Assembly: GCA_038041305.1 (NCBI GenBank)
Contig: JBBTGV010000013.1
Coordinates: forward strand, 5,510-49,808
DNA from: Deltaproteobacteria bacterium
GTDB lineage: Bacteria > Desulfobacterota > GWC2-55-46
Reading direction: 5' to 3'
Length of the DNA stretch: 44,299 bases
Shown here: positions 19,767-27,498 of the stretch, in pieces
How the letters are laid out: each line of letters opens with the position of its first letter
Numbering within the stretch: the stretch's first letter is position 1
The notes under the pieces: generated by a model
What the model saw: the letters and a program-made list of their open reading frames with translations, nothing else
The model's database searches: none
Told to the model about the DNA's origin: nothing
Translations under genes and position numbers: made by a program

Positions 19767-19782
19767 TGCAATACCTATGCCA
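19767..19782 (-). promoter_or_regulatory. sigma54 (-24/-12) promoter of the fliL...fliA operon
   Basis: Minus strand TGGCAT-AGGTA-TTGCA against the consensus TGGCAC-N5-TTGCA; correct GG-N10-GC spacing. Confidence 0.85.
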
Positions 19783-19922
19783 GAAGGCCGCCTTATTTTT
19801 GGCGCTTGTAATTTATTGCAAAACTGCTTGAAAAACATAGATAAAATCATGCGGCTGAATTGGCCGTGACGGCATTTTCCCATCCGCATCAAGGGCCCAG
19901 TCAAGGGATTGTATTGTTTCGC

Positions 19923-19936
19923 GTCATTAAAATGAC
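19923..19936. promoter_or_regulatory. Putative FleQ/FlrA-type enhancer-binding-protein box
   Basis: Inverted repeat GTCA-TTAAAA-TGAC about 140 bp upstream of the sigma54 site; resembles the FleQ consensus GTCAnTAAAnTGAC. Confidence 0.55.
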
Positions 19937-19940
19937 TGCC

Positions 19941-19983
19941 AACAAAAAGATTAGGGGGTGCGTTTCTTCAACGCACCCCCTAA
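19941..19983 (-). terminator. Intrinsic terminator after flgE
   Basis: Perfect 14-bp stem TTAGGGGGTGCGTT/AACGCACCCCCTAA (19951-19983) with a 5-nt loop, followed on the minus strand by TCTTTTTGTT. Confidence 0.9.
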
Positions 19984-20021
19984 ATCAGGACATACGGCCA
20001 TCGGTTTTCAGTTGAAGGTAT

Positions 20022-21668
20022 TTACCTCTTCAGATTCACAAGCTCGGCAAGTATCTCATCGGTCGTCGTGATTATCTTTGAGTTTGCCTGAAAACCCCTC
20101 TGGGCAGTTATCATGTTCACGAACTCCTGCGCTATGTCAACGTTTGAAAGCTCAACCGTGCTTGACTGGACAAGGCCCCTTCCGGATGAACCCGGGCTGC
20201 CTATAAGGGCCTGACCCGAATCAAATGTGGCGACATAGAGGTTGCTTCCAGCGCTTGAAAGCGCGGTCTGGTTTGCGAAATCGGCAAGAAGGACCTGTCC
20301 GAGGGTCAGATCCCTCCCGTTTGAAAATATGCCGGTCATTATCCCGTCCTGGTCAATGCTTACGCTCTGCAGGGTCCCGGATGCATACCCGTCCTGCGTA
20401 AGAAGCGAGACGCCTGAATTCGTGCCGTATTGGGTGGTGCCGTCAGTGCCTGTGCCGCCCTGAGTGATGCTCTCGCCGAAGTCAAATTCAATCAGCTGTC
20501 CCTCTGCCGAGCCGCCCGTAAAGTCAAAACCGCCGGATACGTTAAGGTAGGTTGCCGCGCTCTCGGTGTCCAAGGCGCCGCTGGTCGTGAATGAGACTGA
20601 GCCGCTTGCCTGCACCTCGGTTGAGCCTGAGACCGTATCCGTACCGTCAACGACCGCATACCACTCCCAGTCGTTCCCTGTTGCGGACTTTGAGGACTTC
20701 CTGAAATAAAGCGTTACGACATGGTCGTTTCCAAGCGAATCGTATACCGTTATAGGCGTTGAGAAGTTTGAGGTGTCGCCCGCGTTATTCAGGTCAAACG
20801 CGCCGCCCGCGTCGTCGCTTGAGGCGGTTGCGGCGGCCGCGATGGTGGAGTTAACCGTGTAGCCGAGCATCGCCCCGGCCGATGTGGCGCTTGTCGTCCA
20901 GTCAATGTCAAGGGAGTTTGTGCCGGTATTTTCAATGGTGTAGAAGCCGGTCTGGTCGTCGTATGTCACTTCGTATGTGTCCGTGGTGCCGTTCGCGGAC
21001 TCAAGCGCGGTCTTTATCGCGGCCGCGGCCTCGTCGCCCGTGTACGCGGAGCCGTCTGAAAGGCCGCCGTCGGTGATGAGGCTTGCCGTAATCCAGCTTG
21101 TTCCGCCGTCAACGGAAAAATCAATGGAATCGTTTGAGCCTGTCGTGAACACGTAGCCGGTTATTGTCGAGTTTGAGTCAAGGTTTGCGTTTATGGTGGC
21201 AATTGACGACGAATTAGGCTCAATCGTGTCCGTTGTAAGGACTAAATCCTGTATCGTGTTCTGAAGCGTGCCTGTTGAGCTTGCCATGTAGCCCTGAAGC
21301 CTTAAGCCGTCCGCGTTGACGACATAACCGTCCTTGTCTATGGAGAACTGGCCGTCCCTCGTGTAGTATGTGGTGGCGAGCTCGGCGTCCTCCACAATGA
21401 AGAACCCGTTGCCGCTTACGGCGAGGTCAAGGTTGTTGCCAGTCGTCTCAAACGCGCCTTGCGTGAACGACTTGGTTATCGCGCTCATCTGCACCCCAAG
21501 CCCTATCTGGTTGGAGCCTGAGAGGGTCTGGCTTAATATGTCCTCAAAGCTTACGGAACTGCTCTTGAAGCCGACGGTATTCACATTCGCGATGTTGTTG
21601 CCTATTACGGAAAGCTCCGACATGTTCGCGTTTAGCCCGCTTACCCCGATATAAAGTGATGCCTGCAT
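20022..21668 (-). CDS. flgE: Flagellar hook protein FlgE (with large internal insertion)
   Basis: VIGNNIANVNTVGFK, DLAVSGNGFF, YTRDGQF, VYDSLG and ELSNVDIAQEFVNMITAQRGFQANSK motifs. Confidence 0.96.
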   Translation of the reverse strand: MQASLYIGVSGLNANMSELSVIGNNIANVNTVGFKSSSVSFEDILSQTLSGSNQIGLGVQMSAITKSFTQGAFETTGNNLDLAVSGNGFFIVEDAELATTYYTRDGQFSIDKDGYVVNADGLRLQGYMASSTGTLQNTIQDLVLTTDTIEPNSSSIATINANLDSNSTITGYVFTTGSNDSIDFSVDGGTSWITASLITDGGLSDGSAYTGDEAAAAIKTALESANGTTDTYEVTYDDQTGFYTIENTGTNSLDIDWTTSATSAGAMLGYTVNSTIAAAATASSDDAGGAFDLNNAGDTSNFSTPITVYDSLGNDHVVTLYFRKSSKSATGNDWEWYAVVDGTDTVSGSTEVQASGSVSFTTSGALDTESAATYLNVSGGFDFTGGSAEGQLIEFDFGESITQGGTGTDGTTQYGTNSGVSLLTQDGYASGTLQSVSIDQDGIMTGIFSNGRDLTLGQVLLADFANQTALSSAGSNLYVATFDSGQALIGSPGSSGRGLVQSSTVELSNVDIAQEFVNMITAQRGFQANSKIITTTDEILAELVNLKR

Positions 21669-21703
21669 GACATACCCTCCTTTTTATCCTTATTGTTGTG
21701 TTT

Positions 21704-22366
21704 TTAATAAATCTCTTTTATGTCTTCCTGCGCCACTGTCTCTTCGCCGACATTTATGGACGCCGCGCCGTTGGAGAGGCTTACGCTGCCGACGGTGCCG
21801 GTGACATAGGTCGTTACGTCAACGGAATTGCCGTTCGCATCCTTTGCGTTGACATAGTAGCTGTATGTGCCTTCGTCAAGGGCGTCCCCGTAGTCGTCCG
21901 TGCCGTCCCAGCCACCCTCATAATCGCCGTAAGAGGCGGCGCCGGCGTCTATGCCCCTTACAAGCGCGCCCGTGGAGTCGTATATTGATATCATGACGCT
22001 CTGGGCGTCCGAGGCAAGGGTATAGCCCAAGAGCACGTCCTCGCCGTTGTATTCAAACGAATCTCCCTCTATCTTAACCGACCTTCCGACAAGCCCGGAC
22101 GTTGAAAACGACTGCATGGTTGATATGTTGTCCGCGACATCCTCCATGCTCGTCCCAAGGTTCGTAATGCCCTCCAGCGTTGAGAACTGGGCAAGCTGCG
22201 CGACGAATTCCGTGTTGTCCATGGGGTCAAGCGGGTCCTGATTCTGCAGCTGCGTCACAAGGAGCAGTAAAAAATCATCCTTGCCGACCGTGTCCGTCGC
22301 GCTTGTCGCGGCGGTTGTGTCTGAAGCCGTTGTAAGACTCGCAGAGGTTATTGCGTCTACCGACAT
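21704..22366 (-). CDS. flgD: Flagellar hook-capping protein FlgD
   Basis: FLLLLVTQLQNQDPLDPMDNTEFVAQLAQFS and WDGTDD..G motifs. Confidence 0.97.
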   Translation of the reverse strand: MSVDAITSASLTTASDTTAATSATDTVGKDDFLLLLVTQLQNQDPLDPMDNTEFVAQLAQFSTLEGITNLGTSMEDVADNISTMQSFSTSGLVGRSVKIEGDSFEYNGEDVLLGYTLASDAQSVMISIYDSTGALVRGIDAGAASYGDYEGGWDGTDDYGDALDEGTYSYYVNAKDANGNSVDVTTYVTGTVGSVSLSNGAASINVGEETVAQEDIKEIY

Positions 22367-22409
22367 ATCGCCTCCTTTTCGCGGCCTAAGGCCGCTCTTT
22401 TAACGCCTT

Positions 22410-23795
22410 TTATATGAAAATGTCTACGCCGGAGCTTATACCGGCCGCGGCCCCGTATAAAGGGGCGCGCACCATCCGGGCTTCATCATCAGCCCCGTTG
22501 CCGGAAAACCCGTGTCCAGGACCGTCGGGATTATTGTAAAACATATTGCGCTGCATGGAATCATTGAAAGAACCGTGATTCAGGTCTAATGCCGCGTTTC
22601 TGCCGAGCTCAACCACAAAATTATCAAGTGCTATGCCGTGGCGTCCCAATACCTCTTTAAGGGCAAAGGAGCCTGACTCAAGTATGCCCTTAACGCCCTC
22701 ATTATCAACAGTAATGGTCGCGTTAAGGAGATTGTCCTCAAGGCTGAGCCTTATGTTCAGCTCCCCTAAGTTGTCCGGATAAAGCCTTAGGCGCACCTCT
22801 GTCAACCCCTTTGACGGCGTTGACTTGAATGCGCTGTCAATGGCGTCAAACACCTGCCGGGCCTCTGTAGAGGCCGTCTCAGCGGCCTTGACTCCGGCTT
22901 TGCTTGAATCGGCGAGGCTCGCAGCGAGGCCGAGCGGGCCTTCATCAGGGCCTTTGAAAAATTGAACGCCAGAATCCCCGGCCTCCCTTACGCTTTCCTT
23001 TAATTCATCAGCAGCGAGCCCCATGGCATCGCTGTTGCTTAAATCAGATTCCGGCGCACCTTCGTCAGTGCCTTGTCCCAAGGCGCCGTCACGGGCCAGG
23101 GAAGCCGGCTCAAAACCCTCTATGGCTAAAGGCTTCTCTTTTACGGGATTTTCCCTGTCGCCCGCCTTATCGCTGTTTTCAGGGACATCGCCTGCCGCTG
23201 TTTTTTCGCCGTTGCCCTGTAAAGCCTCCGCATACGACAGGGCGGCGTCTAAGGCGGCCTCTGCCGCATCATCAGACAGGGAACTCTCATTCAGGGCAGC
23301 GGCTAAACCTACCTGCTGAAAAACAGGCTCTTCAGTTTCAGACAAGCCCTCTTCAAACCCTTCATCCTTCGCCTCAGGCAAGACATCAACGGAACCCGCC
23401 GGGGATTGCATTGAAAAGGCCGTTGACTTGGCAATGTCAATGTCGCCAGCGTCCAACGGGCCATCGGACAAAGGGGATAAGGCCGCGATATTCACGCCCA
23501 GAGGCATACTGGCCTGAAAGGACTTACCCGCTTCCTCAGTTTCATCTTCAGGCGCCGTATCTCTTTCAGCCTGCTCCGCCGGAGCGTCCTCTTTTGCATC
23601 AGAGGCCTGAGTCTTGTCCGCGACAGGTACGCCTTGCGTTGAAGGCGTTGTCTCGCTGCCGGGATTATTCATCTCAGCATCAAGCGTCTTAGTAAAATCA
23701 GCATCGTCGGAACGCATGTCTTTGGCAGACGCTTCATTGAAAGAGGCGTTTTGCTCTGCCCGGCTCGCGCTCATATCAAATATTGAGATATTCAT
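22410..23795 (-). CDS. fliK: Flagellar hook-length control protein FliK
   Basis: Long acidic disordered N-terminus and C-terminal VRLRLYPDNLGELNIRL domain; precedes flgD. Start placed at ATG 23795 (GGAG RBS) because the TTG at 23810 sits at the predicted sigma54 transcription start. Confidence 0.9.
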   Translation of the reverse strand: MNISIFDMSASRAEQNASFNEASAKDMRSDDADFTKTLDAEMNNPGSETTPSTQGVPVADKTQASDAKEDAPAEQAERDTAPEDETEEAGKSFQASMPLGVNIAALSPLSDGPLDAGDIDIAKSTAFSMQSPAGSVDVLPEAKDEGFEEGLSETEEPVFQQVGLAAALNESSLSDDAAEAALDAALSYAEALQGNGEKTAAGDVPENSDKAGDRENPVKEKPLAIEGFEPASLARDGALGQGTDEGAPESDLSNSDAMGLAADELKESVREAGDSGVQFFKGPDEGPLGLAASLADSSKAGVKAAETASTEARQVFDAIDSAFKSTPSKGLTEVRLRLYPDNLGELNIRLSLEDNLLNATITVDNEGVKGILESGSFALKEVLGRHGIALDNFVVELGRNAALDLNHGSFNDSMQRNMFYNNPDGPGHGFSGNGADDEARMVRAPLYGAAAGISSGVDIFI

Positions 23796-23819
23796 GTCAT
23801 TCTCCTGCAAAGTTATAAA

Positions 23820-23835
23820 TGCAATAGGCGTGCCA
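23820..23835 (-). promoter_or_regulatory. sigma54 (-24/-12) promoter of fliK-flgD-flgE
   Basis: Minus strand TGGCAC-GCCTA-TTGCA, an exact consensus match. Confidence 0.9.
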
Positions 23836-23988
23836 TATGCGTCTAACTTATAAAATCACAATGATTTCAACTAATTGCACATGAAAGGCCAAGAAATGGT
23901 TAAAGGACTTTTAAAAAAATCAGGAAGGAACTTCCCCCTGCAACGGCATTATTTTCCCTGTTGCGGATAATTCTAATGGCGGGTTATG

Positions 23989-24822
23989 TCATTTCAAGGA
24001 AAGAAGGTATTTTAAGATCATTGCCTTGTGATTAAGTCTTTCAGGCACCCATGCGTATTTATCCGTATTTTCTGCGTCATACATAATATCAGGCGCGTTG
24101 TCATTGCACCTTGTCCAGAGCGCTCTGCCCTTTGCCGCGTTGTTAAGGAGTTCAATTGCATGGCCCTTGTAAGCGCCCTGCACATGGTCTTTTTGGGCCT
24201 GATACCTGAAATAACCGCACCTTATGTCTTTTATGAACCTTTGCGCCTCCCTCTGGTTCCAGAACGAATCATCAGAGGTCGGAAAATCCTTTAACGGCTC
24301 ATGGGTGTCGTTCTTCGTCGTGTTAAACCTGTTAGAAGGCCCCTCCCAGTCAAATATGAACTTCACGCCTTCAACGTCCTCCATCGCAAGCGCGCCCGTT
24401 GCTATTATGATTCCGATTGAAAAGGACAGTATCCTGACCCCCTCCACGTCCGGCAGCCCGGAAAAATGCCTTATCACGCCCAAAAGCTCCTTTTGGTGGC
24501 GCGGGCCCCAAAAATCCTCTTTTCCGGGGCTTTTCCCCCTCCCTGAAGGGTCGTAGTGAAGGACTATGTATCCGGCGGAGGCAATGTCTTTCGCGCTCAG
24601 GAAATCAAACCTGTCGTAGTCGGTGCCCGGGCTGTTTGCGCCCGGCACGATTATGACGCCCGGAAACCCGCCTTTTTCAACCGGCCTGTGCATGTGCGCG
24701 TAAAGCCCCGCGCCTCCGTCAATCCATGCCTCTTTGTACGCGGTCTTTTTCAACCTTATGTCCAAGAGGCCTGAAAGCTGAAGCCCTGCCTTAAGATTAT
24801 TTATCCTGTATATAAGCCCCAT
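23989..24822 (-). CDS. Alpha/beta-fold hydrolase (CocE/S15-like; possible esterase or deacylase)
   Basis: GVIIVPG, YIVLHYDPSGRGKSPG, nucleophile elbow LSFSIG and a candidate catalytic His in DHVQ. Starts 4 bp after the acyltransferase stop. Confidence 0.7.
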   Translation of the reverse strand: MGLIYRINNLKAGLQLSGLLDIRLKKTAYKEAWIDGGAGLYAHMHRPVEKGGFPGVIIVPGANSPGTDYDRFDFLSAKDIASAGYIVLHYDPSGRGKSPGKEDFWGPRHQKELLGVIRHFSGLPDVEGVRILSFSIGIIIATGALAMEDVEGVKFIFDWEGPSNRFNTTKNDTHEPLKDFPTSDDSFWNQREAQRFIKDIRCGYFRYQAQKDHVQGAYKGHAIELLNNAAKGRALWTRCNDNAPDIMYDAENTDKYAWVPERLNHKAMILKYLLSLK

Positions 24823-24826
24823 AAAC

Positions 24827-25744
24827 CTATTTTCTTATAAGGAGTCCCGGAGAAAACCTGTCAAGGAAGTGCAGGTACTGCGGGTATTCCGAGGCATACG
24901 ACTCAAGGCGCCTTACGAATGCCTCGGTCATGCGCCTTGGATCGTCCTCGGTCAAAGGCCTTTCTATTATTATCGTATAAAGGAACCTTGCCTCGCCCGG
25001 CGCTATAAACATGGGGAGTATCTTTGCGCCTGTTTTTTTAGCGAGGATTGAGGGGCCAAGGGGAAATAGCACGTCCTGCCCGAAAAACTTAAACGCCTCG
25101 TGTCTTCCGACATGCTTATCAGTGCCCGTGCCGTCGCCGGTTATCATTAAAACGCCGTTGTCCTTTAACCACCTGAACGCGCCCCTTAGGAACGCCTCCG
25201 CGTTTATCACCTCTGCCGGCATCTTTGACTCGTAGAAAAGCCGGAGCTTGAACGCGACATTCCTTCCTATCCAACTTAGCCCCTCGTCGCTCGGCAACCC
25301 TATCTGCTTCATCCGGTACCCGAGCCTCGCAAGCGCCACAAGCGGAAGGTGCACCGGGCCGAAGTGCCCGTGCACGAGTACCGCGCCGAGCCCTGATTTA
25401 AGCGCGCTGTCAAGGTGTTCAACGCCCTTTATGTTAACGAGCCTTTTTAACTCGTTTGCCCCAAGCCTCGGGAATATGAATATGAAAAGCCTGTCTATGT
25501 AATGGTTCCTTAAATACTCTCTTGATATTTTTCCAACGGTTTCAGCCGGGCAATCCTTTCTTATGCGGCCGAGGTTCTGCGAAAGGACCTTTTTTTTGCC
25601 CCTTGAGAGCGAATAATGCAGGTCTCCCATCAGCCTTAGGATTGAAATGGCTGTGCGTACAGGTGAGGCCAGTATAAGCCATCTCAAGGGATACCACACA
25701 AAAAGCCTTAGGATGTCCCGGCCAATGCCCTCTTTAACGGTCAT
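24827..25744 (-). CDS. LpxL/HtrB/PatA-family lipid acyltransferase (copy 3)
   Basis: IKGVEHLDSALKSGLGAVLVHGHFG, LKDNGVLMITGDG, FFG...GPSILAKKTGAKILP and YPQY motifs. Confidence 0.85.
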   Translation of the reverse strand: MTVKEGIGRDILRLFVWYPLRWLILASPVRTAISILRLMGDLHYSLSRGKKKVLSQNLGRIRKDCPAETVGKISREYLRNHYIDRLFIFIFPRLGANELKRLVNIKGVEHLDSALKSGLGAVLVHGHFGPVHLPLVALARLGYRMKQIGLPSDEGLSWIGRNVAFKLRLFYESKMPAEVINAEAFLRGAFRWLKDNGVLMITGDGTGTDKHVGRHEAFKFFGQDVLFPLGPSILAKKTGAKILPMFIAPGEARFLYTIIIERPLTEDDPRRMTEAFVRRLESYASEYPQYLHFLDRFSPGLLIRK

Positions 25745-25748
25745 TTGA

Positions 25749-27419
25749 TTATTGCGCTGAATAGTACTGGTTTAATTGGATATTAAACGAATTGACCCTG
25801 TCCGTGTCAAGCCCTGCGATGTTTCTCTGCTCATTCGGGTCAAGCGCGAGGTCAAAAAGCTCTGTCTCATCCCCTGTCTTTATAAGCTTATATCCGTCCT
25901 TTATCAACGATATTTTTTCCGAGTGGTCCCATGACCCCGCAATATAGGATATAACCGGCCTTCCCCCGAAATTGACATCCTGACCGTTTACCACCGGGAT
26001 CAGGGATTTGCCGTCAATTGAAAGCGAATCAACGTCTAAATTGAGATAATCAAGCACGGTGGGCAGCGCGTCAATCGTGCGCACATATTCATCAACAGAT
26101 AAACTCTCTGTCTGGCCCGGAAATTTTATAAGAAGCGGGACATGCAGGAGCGAATTATAGAGGTTGTCGCCGTGCGAAAAATAATTCGTGTGATCCGTCA
26201 TGTTCTCGCCGTGGTCTGCCGTGATTATTATCAGGGAATCGTCGTAAAGGCCCTTTGCCTTGAGCGATTCCAAAAGAACGCCGATGCTATAATCGGCGAA
26301 CCTTATCTCCGAGTCGTACGCCGCGACATAAAGCCTTGAGTCCTGATAAATGCCCTCTATGCTTAAAGGCTCCGCAATGCAAGCCTGCACATCAGAGTTA
26401 AGGTCTGTATACGCAATGCCATCGCTAAAGGAAACGACCTTGTTGCCCGAAGACGCATAGACATCGTCGTTCACGAAGTCATAGAGATAAGACCTCCCGG
26501 GGTCATAATCCCAATGAGGGCTTATCAGTCCGACAAACATAAAAAATGTCCTGTCTTTATTCGCGTCTGCGTCAAGCCATTTTACGGCCTTCTGAACGAT
26601 CTGCTGATCTAGGTTTGACCCGTCAACGATCTGAAACCTTTCGTCAAAATCAGCATCAAGGTACTCAACCAAAACATTCGTCTGAAGCGAGACCGTTGCA
26701 TAGCCTTTGTACTTCATGTGAATGGGCAGCGCCGCGCCCTCTTCAATCCTTTTCTTTTCATACACATTGTGTTCGTGATTGAACGCGAACTTGCCGAGAA
26801 GCATTGATGCGTATGAGGGATATGTCCACGCCGCCGGCGCAATGGCGTTTTTAAATACAACTGATTGCCCCGCGAATTCCGCGATATTGGGCGCCGTATC
26901 CCTTGCGTATCCCCATGCAGGGAGATGGTCAGCCCTTAAGGTGTCAACGACTATCATTACGACATTCGGGTTTGCCGTCTTTGAGCCCACCACAACCCTC
27001 TTTACGGAAGACACTGTTGAGGATACGTTGTTTGATGAATCCCTTACAAACGCATAAAGAGTCTTTTCCCCGTAGCCCTCGCTCAATTCATGGCTGATTT
27101 TAATTTCAAGCACGCCCACAGGCTCAATCGCCGCCCATCGGGCATCATCAGGCGAAGGCGCTTGAGGCTCCTCTGACACATAATAGCCCGTAATCGCCGT
27201 GTCATCCTCTGCACTTAAATCCACCGTGACTGTCCTTGAATCAATTGAGTCCTCGCCGTTTATGGTTAATGATAAATCCTGAGGCGGGGCCGCATCAATC
27301 TGGACATTTCCAAAATCATGCCCAACAGAGCAGCTGTTTAAGAAAATAAGGCCGATAATATGGAGAAAACAGATCGTTAATATTGAATTTATCCTTATGC
27401 CCAATGCCTTATAACACAT
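25749..27419 (-). CDS. Predicted lipoprotein, sulfatase-like alkaline-phosphatase-superfamily enzyme with an N-terminal beta-rich domain
   Basis: Lipobox-like FLNSC; PNVVMIVVDTLRADH, WTYPSYAS, YDSEI, IIITADHGE, HVPLLIK and ELFDLALDPNE motifs. Confidence 0.85.
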   Translation of the reverse strand: MCYKALGIRINSILTICFLHIIGLIFLNSCSVGHDFGNVQIDAAPPQDLSLTINGEDSIDSRTVTVDLSAEDDTAITGYYVSEEPQAPSPDDARWAAIEPVGVLEIKISHELSEGYGEKTLYAFVRDSSNNVSSTVSSVKRVVVGSKTANPNVVMIVVDTLRADHLPAWGYARDTAPNIAEFAGQSVVFKNAIAPAAWTYPSYASMLLGKFAFNHEHNVYEKKRIEEGAALPIHMKYKGYATVSLQTNVLVEYLDADFDERFQIVDGSNLDQQIVQKAVKWLDADANKDRTFFMFVGLISPHWDYDPGRSYLYDFVNDDVYASSGNKVVSFSDGIAYTDLNSDVQACIAEPLSIEGIYQDSRLYVAAYDSEIRFADYSIGVLLESLKAKGLYDDSLIIITADHGENMTDHTNYFSHGDNLYNSLLHVPLLIKFPGQTESLSVDEYVRTIDALPTVLDYLNLDVDSLSIDGKSLIPVVNGQDVNFGGRPVISYIAGSWDHSEKISLIKDGYKLIKTGDETELFDLALDPNEQRNIAGLDTDRVNSFNIQLNQYYSAQ

Positions 27420-27498
27420 TTGCCTTAAGTATGCTTATATCGGTTTTTTTATAGCGTATGCTACATTAAAAAACAAAAAAAATTTATGCCTTTAATGC

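Noticed and set aside
22381-22395. Hairpin GCGGCC-TAA-GGCCGC between fliK and flgD
   Set aside because: Short, with no U-tract on the coding strand; at most an mRNA stability or translation element.
27436-27463. sigma28-like -10 element (CCGATATA) upstream of the sulfatase-like gene
   Set aside because: No TAAA -35 element at 15-16 nt spacing, and it is very close to the start codon; too weak to call.
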